NCBI GenBank assembly: GCA_964351655.1
Contig: CAYGPD010000007.1
Coordinates: 2,035 to 66,034 of the forward strand
Source of the DNA: an uncultured Hyphomonadaceae bacterium
GTDB lineage: Bacteria > Pseudomonadota > Alphaproteobacteria > Caulobacterales > Hyphomonadaceae
DNA: 64,000 bases
Direction of reading: 5' to 3'
This document shows positions 49,718 to 60,275 of this stretch, piece after piece. The position numbers and the translations under genes are program-made. How positions within the stretch are numbered: position 1 is the first letter of the stretch; the number at the start of each line of letters is the position of its first letter. The notes beneath the pieces are model-generated. The model saw only the letters and a program-made list of their open reading frames with translations, was not told where the DNA came from and made no database searches.

Positions 49718-50266
49718 GTGCACATGGTTTCCAAGTTTCCGAGCTTAAAATCAAATACCCTCGGACTTATTATTGGAAGCATGCTGCTATCTTATAGCTC
49801 TTTTCCTGCTCATGCGCAAAATGCGCCCTCGTCTGCTGAAAGCGTGAGGGGAGGAATTTTAGATGCTTCAGATGCGAGCCGCCTGTCGCGTTTTATGACG
49901 ACATTGGGATATCAAGCGGATATGGCACATGGACCTGCCGGTGATCCTACAATAAACGGACGTATATCAGAGACTGACTATTCCATTCAGTTTTACGAAT
50001 GTGAGAATGGAGAGTTTTGTAATTCCATTCAATTTCTTGCAGACACACCTGTTCCACCTAATATGACAATGGAAAAGGTAAATGCGTTCAACATGCGCTG
50101 GCGGTATGTGCGTGCATCCATAACGTCAAATGTTGTGCGATTACAAATGGATGTGAACTTGGACGGCGGTGTAACTGCTGGTAATATCGAAGATACTCTG
50201 GATATATGGCGGCGTCTCCTTGAAACTTTCGAAACAGAATTTGCAGCAAAAGCCCCTGCTAAATAG
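49718..50266 (+). CDS. YbjN-like domain protein with signal peptide
   Basis: 182-aa ORF. Signal peptide ends at ...PAHAQNA. The segment DYSIQFYECENGEFCNSIQF...FNMRWRYVRA resembles the YbjN family by eye. Confidence 0.6.
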   Translation: MHMVSKFPSLKSNTLGLIIGSMLLSYSSFPAHAQNAPSSAESVRGGILDASDASRLSRFMTTLGYQADMAHGPAGDPTINGRISETDYSIQFYECENGEFCNSIQFLADTPVPPNMTMEKVNAFNMRWRYVRASITSNVVRLQMDVNLDGGVTAGNIEDTLDIWRRLLETFETEFAAKAPAK

Positions 50267-51671
50267 CAGCGACTTCGACTATAATTCTCTTGAAAATTTA
50301 AATGAAAAAGCACAACGGACACGTCAGATTGTTCATGCTCACTTGAACTTTCTTACACTTAATTTTGCAAAAAATAAGCATATTGGAGTCGCCGTATCTG
50401 GAGGATCTGACTCGCTTTGCCTGCTAATTCTAGCTTGTGATTGGGCTAAGCTACATGGCTGGAAGGTGTCTGCTTGTACTGTGGATCATCGCTTGCGCCC
50501 TGCTGCCATCCTTGAGGCATCGTACGTGCACCAGCTCTGCTGTGGACTTGGTATAGAGCACGACATTTTAGCGGTCGAATGGCCCAAAGGTTCTACAACA
50601 AAACCCACTCAAACAACTGCACGTAATGCCCGCCATCTTCTTTTCGCAAATTGGACCCGTACGAAAAACATAACCGCTCTATTGGTAGGCCACACACTAG
50701 ACGATCGAATTGAAACTATGCTGATGCGTGAAACATCAGGATCTACTGACTATGGCTTAGCGGCGATGCCAGGCAAATCTGCCAGCCCTATTTGGCCTGA
50801 AGGTAGACATTTATCAATTTTACGACCCGCCAATTCTGCCTCTCGCGAAGCACTTTGCGACATACTCGAAAATATTGGTGTTCGCTGGGTTTTAGACCCC
50901 TCAAATGATAATTTAGATTATGAACGTGTCCGTATACGATCCCACATTGCTTCCCTCTCTAAAAATGAACGCGCCGACCTCATCCACCGCTTGCAAGACC
51001 TTTCCAATAAACGTGCTCAAACCAATAAGCTTGTAACTGCTTTTTTACGTGATCACACAGTTTGGCATCAAGACGGGCGTGCAAGTTTTAAAATGCCCGC
51101 ATTCGCTGCATTAACTAATGATCTCAAACATCGTGCAGTTGAGCGTATTCTATTGTGTGTGTCAGGAGCTCAACGGCCTGTGAACATCTCACGAATTGAA
51201 AAACTTATACAACACATTGATACAAACAAACTGACGGCCAAACCCGTTTCCGAATGCCTTGGCAATTGTATGATTCACATGAGCAAGACAAACATGCAAT
51301 TTAGTTTGCTGCCTCCAAAAGATAAAACGGCTAGCAAAGACATGCCCCCCCCTCCACTTCATGTATCCAAGGATCAAGAAGCCATTTTTATGGGACGCTT
51401 TTTAATATCTCTAAAAACGGACACACCTGATGTAAACGTAGAGACGTGGGAAAACGCATTCAAACATGACATTAAACATGGCCCCTACCCCGATCGCGAA
51501 TGTGAAAACCTTTTCGCGAACCGCACCTACCCTGTATTGATGAAATCAACTGCATCCGGCTCTAAGCAACAATTATCATCCGATCAGTTCTCAATCTCAT
51601 GTCTACATGAGCAACGTAAAAATCATCTAAGCAATGAAGACTTTGTGCCAATCGCACCTTTATTGTACTAA
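50220..51671 (+). CDS. tilS: tRNA(Ile)-lysidine synthase
   Basis: PP-loop GVAVSGGSDSLCL. There is no in-frame ATG before the PP-loop. TTG candidates are 50220 (47-nt overlap with the upstream gene), 50241 and 50343, so the true start is uncertain. Confidence 0.85.
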   Translation: MKLSKQNLQQKPLLNSSDFDYNSLENLNEKAQRTRQIVHAHLNFLTLNFAKNKHIGVAVSGGSDSLCLLILACDWAKLHGWKVSACTVDHRLRPAAILEASYVHQLCCGLGIEHDILAVEWPKGSTTKPTQTTARNARHLLFANWTRTKNITALLVGHTLDDRIETMLMRETSGSTDYGLAAMPGKSASPIWPEGRHLSILRPANSASREALCDILENIGVRWVLDPSNDNLDYERVRIRSHIASLSKNERADLIHRLQDLSNKRAQTNKLVTAFLRDHTVWHQDGRASFKMPAFAALTNDLKHRAVERILLCVSGAQRPVNISRIEKLIQHIDTNKLTAKPVSECLGNCMIHMSKTNMQFSLLPPKDKTASKDMPPPPLHVSKDQEAIFMGRFLISLKTDTPDVNVETWENAFKHDIKHGPYPDRECENLFANRTYPVLMKSTASGSKQQLSSDQFSISCLHEQRKNHLSNEDFVPIAPLLY

Positions 51672-51897
51672 ATCAGCTCTATGTACTGTGCCAATACGCT
51701 ATGTTAGGAAGGATATTCAGATAAAAATAGACGATATTCAGCTTGAGTATATTCGACAACCCACTGTTTTTGTTTGTTTAACTATACAAAACAGCAGAAG
51801 TTTCATACAGGTTTGAATATTGCACCTCGTTTTTTATCAAAAGCTTCCCTATGTTGACTATTGATATTGTTTTTTCGACCGTTGAAAGGTTTGCTGC

Positions 51898-53814
51898 ATG
51901 AACATGCGCAATCTGGCGCTTTTAGGCGTCGTTCTGCTTTTACTCTTCGCTTTTGTCACCTTGATGCAAGGTAACCAGTCACATGCAAATGCTGGCAACA
52001 TCTCCTATTCTGCTTTCCTTGAAAAAGCTCAGAATGGACAGATCAAAACAGCGCAATTTAAAGGCGATCAAATTTCCGGAAAAGACGGAGCCGATGCGCC
52101 TTATGTAACGACTATGCCTGGGATTGAATTCAATCTTGGTGAGAAGCTTGCGCAAGAATACGGCGTCGATGTTTCTGCTGAATCGGTTAACCGTGGCGGT
52201 GGTATTCTTGGCTATATCGGCAACTTCTTGCCAATCATTATTATACTTGGCATCTGGTTCTTCCTATGGCGCCAAATGCAAGGTGGTGGCGGTGGTCGCG
52301 GTGCGATGTCTTTTGGTAAGTCCAAAGCACGCTTGCTGACAGAACGTCAGGGCCGCGTCACATTTGACGATGTTGCAGGTGTCGATGAAGCAAAAGAAGA
52401 GCTTCAAGAAATCGTGGAATTCTTACAAGAACCAGGTAAATTCCAACGCCTTGGTGGTAAAATTCCTAAAGGTGCATTGCTCGTTGGTCCTCCGGGAACG
52501 GGTAAAACGCTAATCGCCCGTGCTGTCGCCGGTGAAGCGAATGTTCCTTTCTTCACGATTTCAGGTTCTGACTTTGTTGAAATGTTTGTCGGTGTGGGTG
52601 CATCCCGTGTCCGTGACATGTTTGAGCAAGCAAAGAAAAATGCGCCATGTATTATCTTTATCGATGAGATTGATGCTGTGGGTCGTTCACGTGGAGCCGG
52701 TCTTGGCGGTGGTAACGATGAACGCGAACAAACACTCAACCAACTCCTTGTTGAGATGGATGGTTTTGAAGCCAATGAAGGTATCATTATCATCGCAGCA
52801 ACAAACAGACCTGATGTTTTAGACCCTGCTCTTCTCCGTCCAGGTCGTTTTGACCGCCAAGTAAATGTGGGTAACCCTGACATTATCGGTCGTGAAAAAA
52901 TTCTGAAAGTTCACATTCGTAACGTGCCGGTCGGCAAAGATGTGGAAGCTAAGGTTATTGCGCGTGGTACTCCCGGATTTTCCGGTGCTGATCTAGCAAA
53001 CCTTGTCAATGAAGCAGCACTTCTAGCTGCACGTCGTGGCAAACGCGTTGTTGCTATGCGTGAGTTTGAAGACGCTAAAGACAAAGTCATGATGGGCCCT
53101 GAGCGCAAATCAATGGTGATGTCTGACAAAGAAAAAGAGCTAACAGCTTACCACGAATCTGGTCACGCAATTGTAGGCTTAAACGTTCCTGCGACAGACC
53201 CGATTCACAAAGCAACGATTATCCCACGTGGACGCGCATTGGGTATGGTGATGCAATTGCCAACTGATGACAAACTTTCCATGTCCAAGATTGAGATGAT
53301 TTCTCGCCTTGCCGTGCTTATGGGCGGTCGTGTTGCTGAAGAACTTAAATTTGGCGAAGACTATGTCACCGCTGGTGCATCTTCAGATATTCAACAAGCC
53401 ACGCGTCTTGCACGTGCAATGGTCACAAGCTGGGGTCTCTCAGATACGATTGGTCCTGTGGACTATTCTGAGAACCAAGGTGAAGTTTTTCTTGGTCAGC
53501 AAATCATGAAATCTTCTGGCGTATCCGAAGAAACATCACGCAAAATAGAAGAAGAAGTACGTAAGCTGGTGCAAGCAGGTATGGATACTGCCCGCCAAAT
53601 TTTGACTGAAAAGCGTGCTGATTGGATTGCTCTATCTGAGGGTCTACTTGAATATGAAACACTTTCAGGAAAAGAAATCGACGAACTGTTGAAAGGCAAA
53701 CCGCCTGAGCGCCCTGACGATTTTGATGCTGGCCCAACATCTGCTGTGCCAGTGGTCAAACCTAAGAAAAAGCCCGACACTGGTTTGGGTGATACTGAGC
53801 CTGAGGGCGTTTAG
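51898..53814 (+). CDS. ftsH: ATP-dependent zinc metalloprotease FtsH
   Basis: 638-aa ORF with [17 protein letters not shown], the SRH region and zinc site HESGHA. Confidence 0.97.
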   Translation: MNMRNLALLGVVLLLLFAFVTLMQGNQSHANAGNISYSAFLEKAQNGQIKTAQFKGDQISGKDGADAPYVTTMPGIEFNLGEKLAQEYGVDVSAESVNRGGGILGYIGNFLPIIIILGIWFFLWRQMQGGGGGRGAMSFGKSKARLLTERQGRVTFDDVAGVDEAKEELQEIVEFLQEPGKFQRLGGKIPKGALLVGPPGTGKTLIARAVAGEANVPFFTISGSDFVEMFVGVGASRVRDMFEQAKKNAPCIIFIDEIDAVGRSRGAGLGGGNDEREQTLNQLLVEMDGFEANEGIIIIAATNRPDVLDPALLRPGRFDRQVNVGNPDIIGREKILKVHIRNVPVGKDVEAKVIARGTPGFSGADLANLVNEAALLAARRGKRVVAMREFEDAKDKVMMGPERKSMVMSDKEKELTAYHESGHAIVGLNVPATDPIHKATIIPRGRALGMVMQLPTDDKLSMSKIEMISRLAVLMGGRVAEELKFGEDYVTAGASSDIQQATRLARAMVTSWGLSDTIGPVDYSENQGEVFLGQQIMKSSGVSEETSRKIEEEVRKLVQAGMDTARQILTEKRADWIALSEGLLEYETLSGKEIDELLKGKPPERPDDFDAGPTSAVPVVKPKKKPDTGLGDTEPEGV

Positions 53815-53835
53815 TGCCTCGTCTTTAAACTTGTT

Positions 53836-53867
53836 AAAGGCCCGCCCCTTAAAGGCGGGCTTTTTTA
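53836..53867 (+). terminator. intrinsic terminator after ftsH
   Basis: gcccgcc/ggcgggc stem followed by tttttt. Confidence 0.8.
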
Positions 53868-53881
53868 TTGGAAAAACTATT

Positions 53882-54199
53882 ATGCCAGCAATCCTAACTA
53901 GTACCGCAACCTATCGAGCTGATCATGCCTGGGGTGCGAAAGACATTGCATTAATTGAAGGTGCAACTGTTCGACTTCATTGGACCGATCAACCATATAA
54001 ATGGCATGTGAACGATGGAGCAGAAGTCTTTATGGTCATCGATGGACTTGTTGAGATGGATTATAAACTTGATGGAGAAATTCATACAACAAGCCTTGGC
54101 CCAAGTGATATTTTCGTGGCAGAGCTAGGAGACGAGCATATTGCCCGCCCTATCGGCGAAGCCCGTATATTGGTCATTGAAAAACAAGGTAGTGTCTAA
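53882..54199 (+). CDS. small cupin-domain protein
   Basis: 105 aa from the ATG at 53882, downstream of the ftsH terminator. HWTDQPYKWHVNDGAEVFMVIDG...DEHIARP is a cupin beta-barrel pattern. The ORF-track start at 53723 lies inside ftsH. Confidence 0.7.
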   Translation: MPAILTSTATYRADHAWGAKDIALIEGATVRLHWTDQPYKWHVNDGAEVFMVIDGLVEMDYKLDGEIHTTSLGPSDIFVAELGDEHIARPIGEARILVIEKQGSV

Positions 54200-54201
54200 A
54201 C

Positions 54202-55032
54202 GTGCAGTCCTCCTCTCCTTCCATCATGGGCATTATCAATGTCACACCCGACTCTTTTTCCGATGGAGGTCAATTCACCGCGATGGATATTGCGATTGAA
54301 CACGGGCTGAACTTGATCGCACAAGGCGCTGACTGGCTTGATATTGGAGGAGAAAGCACGCGTCCCGGTGCGATGCCAGTCAATGTGAAAGATGAAATTG
54401 CGCGGGTTATCCCCGTCGTTACCGGGTTACGTGCTCATACCGACGCTTTGATTTCTATAGACACAATGAAGCCAAGTGTCGCTATTGCAGCCGTTCAAGC
54501 AGGAGCAGATATGTGGAATGACGTTAGCGCTGGACGTTATTCAGAAGATGGTTTGGAAGTTGCAGCACAGCTAAATTGTAAGCTTTGCTTAATGCATATG
54601 TTGGGCGAGCCACGGTCAATGCAGGCAGCGCCGCGTTATAAGGATGTAGTAAGCGATATTGCAAAATTTCTAATTGAACGCGCAAATCTGGCAGTTAAGG
54701 CGGGCGTGAAAGAGAGCAATATTTGGATTGATCCGGGTATCGGGTTTGGTAAAACATTGGCTCACAATCTGGAAATCATGCGCAACCTAGATAATTTGAT
54801 AGAAGCCACGGGATTTCCCTTACTCTTTGGCGCATCTCGCAAACGCTTTATTGCGGAAATTGACGTGAATGCACAAAATGCACAGCAAAGATTAGGCGGC
54901 TCTATCGCAGCGGCTATGAACGCAGCAGAGCACGGCGCAGATATTATTCGTGTACACGACGTACAAGCGACACAACAAGCTCTGAAGGTTTACAGTCTTC
55001 TTTCCACACCATCCGATATGGATGATTTTTAG
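54202..55032 (+). CDS. folP: dihydropteroate synthase
   Basis: MGIINVTPDSFSDGG, DIGGESTRPG, DPGIGFGK and GASRKRF motifs. GTG at 54202 or ATG at 54226. Confidence 0.93.
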   Translation: MQSSSPSIMGIINVTPDSFSDGGQFTAMDIAIEHGLNLIAQGADWLDIGGESTRPGAMPVNVKDEIARVIPVVTGLRAHTDALISIDTMKPSVAIAAVQAGADMWNDVSAGRYSEDGLEVAAQLNCKLCLMHMLGEPRSMQAAPRYKDVVSDIAKFLIERANLAVKAGVKESNIWIDPGIGFGKTLAHNLEIMRNLDNLIEATGFPLLFGASRKRFIAEIDVNAQNAQQRLGGSIAAAMNAAEHGADIIRVHDVQATQQALKVYSLLSTPSDMDDF

Positions 55033-55049
55033 AATATTGAGGTTTGCAA

Positions 55050-55907
55050 GTGAGTGAAGATAGGCAACCAGCAATCGGCCGCGTTCTCGTGGTTGCAGGA
55101 TCTGATTCAGGTGGTGGTGCAGGTATTCAGGCGGATATTAAAACTATCACCATGCTTGGAGGTTATGCGGCAACAGCCATTACAGCTTTGACAATTCAAA
55201 ATACGCAAGGTGTGAGCGGAATTGTACCTGCGCCCATTCCTTCTGTAACCGCGCAAATGATAGCGGTGCTTTCTGACATTGGGGCCGACATCATCAAGAC
55301 AGGAATGCTCGGCGACAAGAAACTCATCGAAGCTATCGCTCAAACGCTAAGTGACTATGCAAAAGGGTTGCCCCGCGTAATTGATCCCGTGATGGTCTCC
55401 ACTGCAGGTGATAAGCTGCTTCCTCCTGCTGCTATCGATACGCTACGGGCGGTATTGATACCTAAAGCGATCATCACCCCTAACGCACCTGAAGCCGGAT
55501 TGCTGACTAAGCGTGAAGTCTTTAATCTCGACGGTCAACGCCGCGCAGCTGAGCGATTGCTAGAAGACGGTGCATATGCTGCTATCGTTAAAGGTGGACA
55601 CATAGAGGGTGATACAATCATAGACCTTATCGCCACACCTGAAGGCGAGATCTATTGTGAACATGAACGCATTAGCGGTACGTCCACGCATGGTACGGGG
55701 TGTACGCTTGCATCGGCCACGGCAACCGGTCTGGCGCAAGGCTTAAAATTGGAAGATGCTTTTAAGCGTGCCCAAGTTTATGTGGCCCAAGCTATAAAAT
55801 ATGCGCCCAACCTTGGCAAAGGACATGGACCACTTGGCCATGAATGGCCTGTAAGACATCCAGAACTAGCGGACAATCTGCTTAATAAATTCAAGGCTTC
55901 AAAATAA
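55050..55907 (+). CDS. thiD: hydroxymethylpyrimidine / phosphomethylpyrimidine kinase
   Basis: VLVVAGSDSGGGAGIQADIKT, VIDPVMVSTAGD and THGTGCTLASA motifs. GTG at 55050 is 8 nt after GAGG. The ORF-track TTG at 55044 is an alternative. Confidence 0.9.
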   Translation: MSEDRQPAIGRVLVVAGSDSGGGAGIQADIKTITMLGGYAATAITALTIQNTQGVSGIVPAPIPSVTAQMIAVLSDIGADIIKTGMLGDKKLIEAIAQTLSDYAKGLPRVIDPVMVSTAGDKLLPPAAIDTLRAVLIPKAIITPNAPEAGLLTKREVFNLDGQRRAAERLLEDGAYAAIVKGGHIEGDTIIDLIATPEGEIYCEHERISGTSTHGTGCTLASATATGLAQGLKLEDAFKRAQVYVAQAIKYAPNLGKGHGPLGHEWPVRHPELADNLLNKFKASK

Positions 55908-56352
55908 GCCACGCACCACCGAAAAGCGCGACGACGCCTGCTACCTTTTCAATCGTTACAACCCGTACTTCTTGTCCAAATGCGCCAATATGATCAAACA
56001 CAAGCGCTGCAATAAGTTGGCCTGCGAGCAATACTGCAAACCAAACTGTTACACCAAGGCGCGGCACACCAAACGCTGTTGAGGCAACAATAAAAGAACC
56101 TGCCACTCCCCCGAGCATGGCCCACCAAGGAGCGGTCGAAAGTTTTGAAAATGTTGGCAGACCTTGTCCCGTTGCAACCAATATAGTGGTGAGGATCAGC
56201 CACCCTCCCGTGAAGGAAATAAATGCTGCTTGTATTGGGCTTCCTAAAACCTGATTTAGCTTACCGTTAATCATGCCTTGCGCAGAGACGATTACCCCGC
56301 CTAAAAACGCTGCGCACAGCAGAAGCAAACTAGTGAGACCAACTGAAGGCAT
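55891..56352 (-). CDS. DMT-superfamily transporter (YdcZ/DUF606-like)
   Basis: 153-aa ORF with 5 TM segments. AQGMINGKLNQVLGSPIQAAFISF is typical of DUF606. Its 3' end overlaps thiD by 17 nt. Confidence 0.8.
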   Translation of the reverse strand: MPSVGLTSLLLLCAAFLGGVIVSAQGMINGKLNQVLGSPIQAAFISFTGGWLILTTILVATGQGLPTFSKLSTAPWWAMLGGVAGSFIVASTAFGVPRLGVTVWFAVLLAGQLIAALVFDHIGAFGQEVRVVTIEKVAGVVALFGGAWLILKP

Positions 56353-56662
56353 GTGAAAACTTTCTTATGGGTTGCTTGTTATGAATCAACCTTTCCACAT
56401 TTTTACAGTGCAATCTATTGAATATCCTGAATTTTAATTCCATCCGAATGATTCAAGAACTGCGAAATTGTCCCTTTTGCTCAACAAGGATGTACCATCC
56501 GTCCAAATTGAGAGCGCGCAGCATGATATCGCGCAACTATTTTTCAATATTATCGCAAAAAAATATTTCTGTTGACGCAATTGCAAGTCTGAGAGAGAAC
56601 GGCTGCGGGCCAAGCGTCCCCAACGGCGCTCAGCCTATCTGTGAGGATAGGAGTACAATCAG

Positions 56663-57823
56663 ATGACGACCATCACGACACCAGACGTGCGCCCTGCACG
56701 TGCCGAATTTTCTTCAGGCCCATGCGCTAAACGTCCAGGTTGGACAGCAGCCGCTCTTGAAGATGCACCCAATGGCCGGTCGCACCGCGCTAAAATCGGC
56801 AAAACCAAACTCAGGTTATTAATCGATAAATCAGCAGAGCTACTTGGTCTGCCAGCTGGATACCGTATTGGTATTATGGCCGGTTCAGATACAGGCGCTA
56901 TTGAAGCAGCTATGTGGTCTATGCTTGGCCCTCGCCCTGTAGATGTTTTTGCTTGGGAAAGCTTTGGAAGTGACTGGGTAACAGATGTTACCAAGCAACT
57001 TAAGCTGGATGCCGAAGTACACACTGCTGACTATGGTCTAATACCTGACCTCTCTAAAGTTCGCAAAGAAGCCGACGTCATCTTCACATGGAATGGTACT
57101 ACATCCGGCGTGCGCGTAGCGAACGCTGATTGGATTCCAGCAGACCAAGAAGGCTTAGTTTTCTGTGACGCCACATCCGCTGTTTTTGCCCAAGACCTTC
57201 AATGGGAAAAGCTCGATGTTGTAACTTATTCTTGGCAAAAAGTTCTTGGCGGTGAAGGTGCACACGGCATGTTGATACTGTCACCTAAGGCTGTTGAGCG
57301 CCTAGAAACATTTACACCGGACCGCCCGCTTCCAAAATTGTTCCGCATGACCAAAAAAGGCAAATTAAACGAAGGCATTTTTGAAGGTGCAACAATCAAC
57401 ACGCCTTCTATGCTTGCTGTAGAAGATTGCCTTGATGCCCTCAACTGGGTTGAGAGCATTGGCGGTGCAAAAGCAACAATGGCACGCGCAGATGCAAACC
57501 TCGCTGCTATCGCTAAATTCGTAGAAACTTCTGATTGGGCCGCTTTCCTTTGTGAAGACCAGGCGACGCGTTCGAATACATCTGTGACACTTAAAATCAC
57601 TGATGCACGTGTGGCTGGACTCGACACGGATGGACAACAAGCTTTTGTGAAGAAAATGACTGGCCTTCTCGATAAAGAGAACGTGGCTTATGACATTGCG
57701 GGATATCGCGATGCACCTCCAGGGCTTCGTATCTGGTGCGGTGCTACAGTTGATACTTCTGACCTTGAAAAGCTTGGACCATGGTTAGATTGGGCCTTCG
57801 CAACAACAGTTGCAGAGCTTTAG
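56663..57823 (+). CDS. serC: phosphoserine aminotransferase
   Basis: 386-aa ORF. The N-terminus [18 protein letters not shown] is typical of the alphaproteobacterial SerC type. The SWQKVLGGE lysine motif is present. Confidence 0.93.
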   Translation: MTTITTPDVRPARAEFSSGPCAKRPGWTAAALEDAPNGRSHRAKIGKTKLRLLIDKSAELLGLPAGYRIGIMAGSDTGAIEAAMWSMLGPRPVDVFAWESFGSDWVTDVTKQLKLDAEVHTADYGLIPDLSKVRKEADVIFTWNGTTSGVRVANADWIPADQEGLVFCDATSAVFAQDLQWEKLDVVTYSWQKVLGGEGAHGMLILSPKAVERLETFTPDRPLPKLFRMTKKGKLNEGIFEGATINTPSMLAVEDCLDALNWVESIGGAKATMARADANLAAIAKFVETSDWAAFLCEDQATRSNTSVTLKITDARVAGLDTDGQQAFVKKMTGLLDKENVAYDIAGYRDAPPGLRIWCGATVDTSDLEKLGPWLDWAFATTVAEL

Positions 57824-57916
57824 TCATAAATAGATTGGCCGAAACCATAAATGAGATTTCGGCCAATCTCTTCCCCCATTTAGATACATTCGCGCAAACG
57901 CGCAAAAGGATAAATC

Positions 57917-59494
57917 ATGTCTATTAAAGTTCTTATCGGTGACAGTCTGGCTCCCGGAGCGATCGACATTTTTAAAGCTCGCGGCATTGAAGTTGATGTC
58001 AAAGTGGGCCTCTCTCAAGCAGAACTAGCAGAGATTATCGGTGAATATGATGGTCTTGCAGTACGTTCAGCCTGTAAACCAAATGCTGACGTGATTGCAG
58101 CTGGCACAAAGCTAAAGGTTATTGGACGCGCCGGTATTGGTGTAGACAATGTGGACATTCCAGCAGCAACGAAAAAAGGGGTTGTTGTAATGAACACACC
58201 TTTTGGAAACGCTGTTACAACTGCTGAACACGCGATTGCTATGCTCTTTGCAGCTGCCCGCCAAATTCCAGCCGCTTCAGCACGTACTCAAAATGGCGAA
58301 TGGCCTAAAAATGACTATGTGGGAACCGAGTTATTTTCCAAAACACTCGGTCTCATCGGTGCAGGTAATATTGGTTCATTAGTAGCAGAGCGCGCACGTG
58401 GGCTTAAGATGAAAGTTATCGCTTTTGATCCATTCCTTACCGAAGAGCGCGCTGTTGAGCTAGGTGTTGAAAAGGTTGAACTTGATGCCCTCCTCACACG
58501 TGCAGATGCAATCACATTGCACACGCCACTCACAGATCAAACACGCAATATTTTGTCTCGTGAAAACCTTGAAAAAACAAAAAAAGGCGTGATCATCGTC
58601 AACTGTGCACGCGGTGGCTTAATTGATGAAGCAGCACTTAAAGACCTTCTAGACAATGGCCACATTAAAGCAGCCGCATTAGATGTGTTTGAAAAAGAAC
58701 CGGCAAAAGAGCACCCATTATTTGGAACGCCCGGCTTTATAGCCACACCGCACCTAGGTGCCTCTACTATGGAAGCTCAAGACAATGTGGCTTTCCAAGT
58801 CGCTGAGCAAATGGCCGATTACCTATTAACAGGTGCTGTGACGAACGCTCTGAACATGCCTTCAATCTCAGCTGAAGAAGCTCCTCGCTTAAAGCCTTTT
58901 GCTGAACTTGCTGAAAAGCTGGGTGAATTTGCGGGTCAGGTATCTACAGAAGGTTTTGACGCAGTCGAAATCGACTACGAAGGTGAAGTGTGTGAGCTCA
59001 ACCGTAAACCGCTAACTTCTGCTGCTTTAGCCGGAATTCTGCGTGCATCCATGAAAGACGTAAACATGGTATCCGCGCCAACGATCCTAAAAGATCGCGG
59101 TATTGATCTAAGAGAAACGACTCTTGAAGATAGCCCAACATACGAAAGCTTGATCCGTATTAAAGTGCGTGTTGATGGCAAATGGCGCACCGTGTCTGGT
59201 TCAATCGTGAACGGCCAACCACGCATTGTTGCTGTGAAAGAAATGACATTGGACGCAAAATTCCGTCCATTCATCTTGTTCATCAACAACACAGACAAAC
59301 CCGGCTTTATTGGTAGCTTGGGATCAGTACTTGGTGATGCTGGTATCAACATTGCGACCTTTAACCTTGGTCGTGAAGATGAAGGCGGCGACGCGATTGC
59401 AATGATCGGTATTGATCAAGACGTTCCTAAAGAAACAATGGACAAAATCAACGCACTAAGCCAAGTGCGCTACGCAAAGGTTCTGCGTTTCTAA
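57917..59494 (+). CDS. serA: D-3-phosphoglycerate dehydrogenase
   Basis: 525-aa ORF with NAD fold GLIGAGNIGS, catalytic NCARGG and PHLGAST, and a C-terminal ACT domain. Confidence 0.95.
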   Translation: MSIKVLIGDSLAPGAIDIFKARGIEVDVKVGLSQAELAEIIGEYDGLAVRSACKPNADVIAAGTKLKVIGRAGIGVDNVDIPAATKKGVVVMNTPFGNAVTTAEHAIAMLFAAARQIPAASARTQNGEWPKNDYVGTELFSKTLGLIGAGNIGSLVAERARGLKMKVIAFDPFLTEERAVELGVEKVELDALLTRADAITLHTPLTDQTRNILSRENLEKTKKGVIIVNCARGGLIDEAALKDLLDNGHIKAAALDVFEKEPAKEHPLFGTPGFIATPHLGASTMEAQDNVAFQVAEQMADYLLTGAVTNALNMPSISAEEAPRLKPFAELAEKLGEFAGQVSTEGFDAVEIDYEGEVCELNRKPLTSAALAGILRASMKDVNMVSAPTILKDRGIDLRETTLEDSPTYESLIRIKVRVDGKWRTVSGSIVNGQPRIVAVKEMTLDAKFRPFILFINNTDKPGFIGSLGSVLGDAGINIATFNLGREDEGGDAIAMIGIDQDVPKETMDKINALSQVRYAKVLRF

Positions 59495-59516
59495 ACAAGC
59501 TACACCACTCATGTTC

Positions 59517-59550
59517 AAGGCGCTGGCTCGACGGTCAGCGCCTTTTTCTT
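59517..59550 (+). terminator. intrinsic terminator after serA
   Basis: aaggcgctg/cagcgcctt stem followed by tttttctttg. Confidence 0.75.
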
Positions 59551-59635
59551 TGGGCAGAATAGACCCCAACTCAAGTTGACGGGCAGGCTAGTTTCTTCCA
59601 AAGCTAAAAATTAATTACGAATAGGGAGTCGCGAG

Positions 59636-60271
59636 ATGGAAAACATCCTGCAAGTTATAGCTTATATCGGAATTGTCGTATTTGCAGTTTCGGGCGCATT
59701 ACTTGGATTGCGTAAGCAAATGGATGTTGTGGGTGTCACCTTCTTGGCCACTGTTACGGGTGTGGGTGGTGGGACCTTGAGGGATGTTCTGCTTGGTGCC
59801 ACCCCTGTGAGTTGGGTCAACGACCCGACCAATATTGCAATCTGTATCATCAGCGCAGTGGTTGTGTGTTTTCTCAATACTTGGATCATTGGTCAGCGCC
59901 TAAAATGGCTCTTATACGCCGATGCTGTTGGGTTAGCCTTGTTTGCCGTTCTAGGGGCAGCTAAAGCACAAGAAGCAGGTGCTCACCCATTTGTGGCCAT
60001 TTTATTTGGAGCTATGAGCGCAAGTTTTGGCGGTATCATCCGCGATGTTATCTGCGGTGACAAACCCATATTGTTCGACAAGGAAATATATATTAGTGCC
60101 GCCCTTCTAGGTGGAGGTATATATGTGCTTGTGCCTGCTGAATGGATGAGTGATGAAGTTAAAACAGTCCTTGCGACAGTGTTGGCAATGGCATTGCGTA
60201 TGTGCGCTATGATAAGGGGATGGCATTTAACCTTCCCCAAATACCCTGATGAACTTCCACCTGCGAAATAG
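59636..60271 (+). CDS. trimeric intracellular cation channel family protein (UPF0126/YadS-like)
   Basis: 211-aa ORF with two Gly-rich repeats (GVGGGTLRDVLLG and SFGGIIRDVICG). Confidence 0.85.
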   Translation: MENILQVIAYIGIVVFAVSGALLGLRKQMDVVGVTFLATVTGVGGGTLRDVLLGATPVSWVNDPTNIAICIISAVVVCFLNTWIIGQRLKWLLYADAVGLALFAVLGAAKAQEAGAHPFVAILFGAMSASFGGIIRDVICGDKPILFDKEIYISAALLGGGIYVLVPAEWMSDEVKTVLATVLAMALRMCAMIRGWHLTFPKYPDELPPAK

Positions 60272-60275
60272 AGAT

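Noticed and set aside
52404-52883. 159-aa minus-strand ORF
   Set aside because: It is antisense to the AAA+ core of ftsH.
56418-57024. 82-aa plus-strand ORF and 121-aa minus-strand ORF around the serC start
   Set aside because: The first lies in the AT-rich serC promoter region with no SD and ends inside serC. The second is antisense to serC. Neither has recognisable features.
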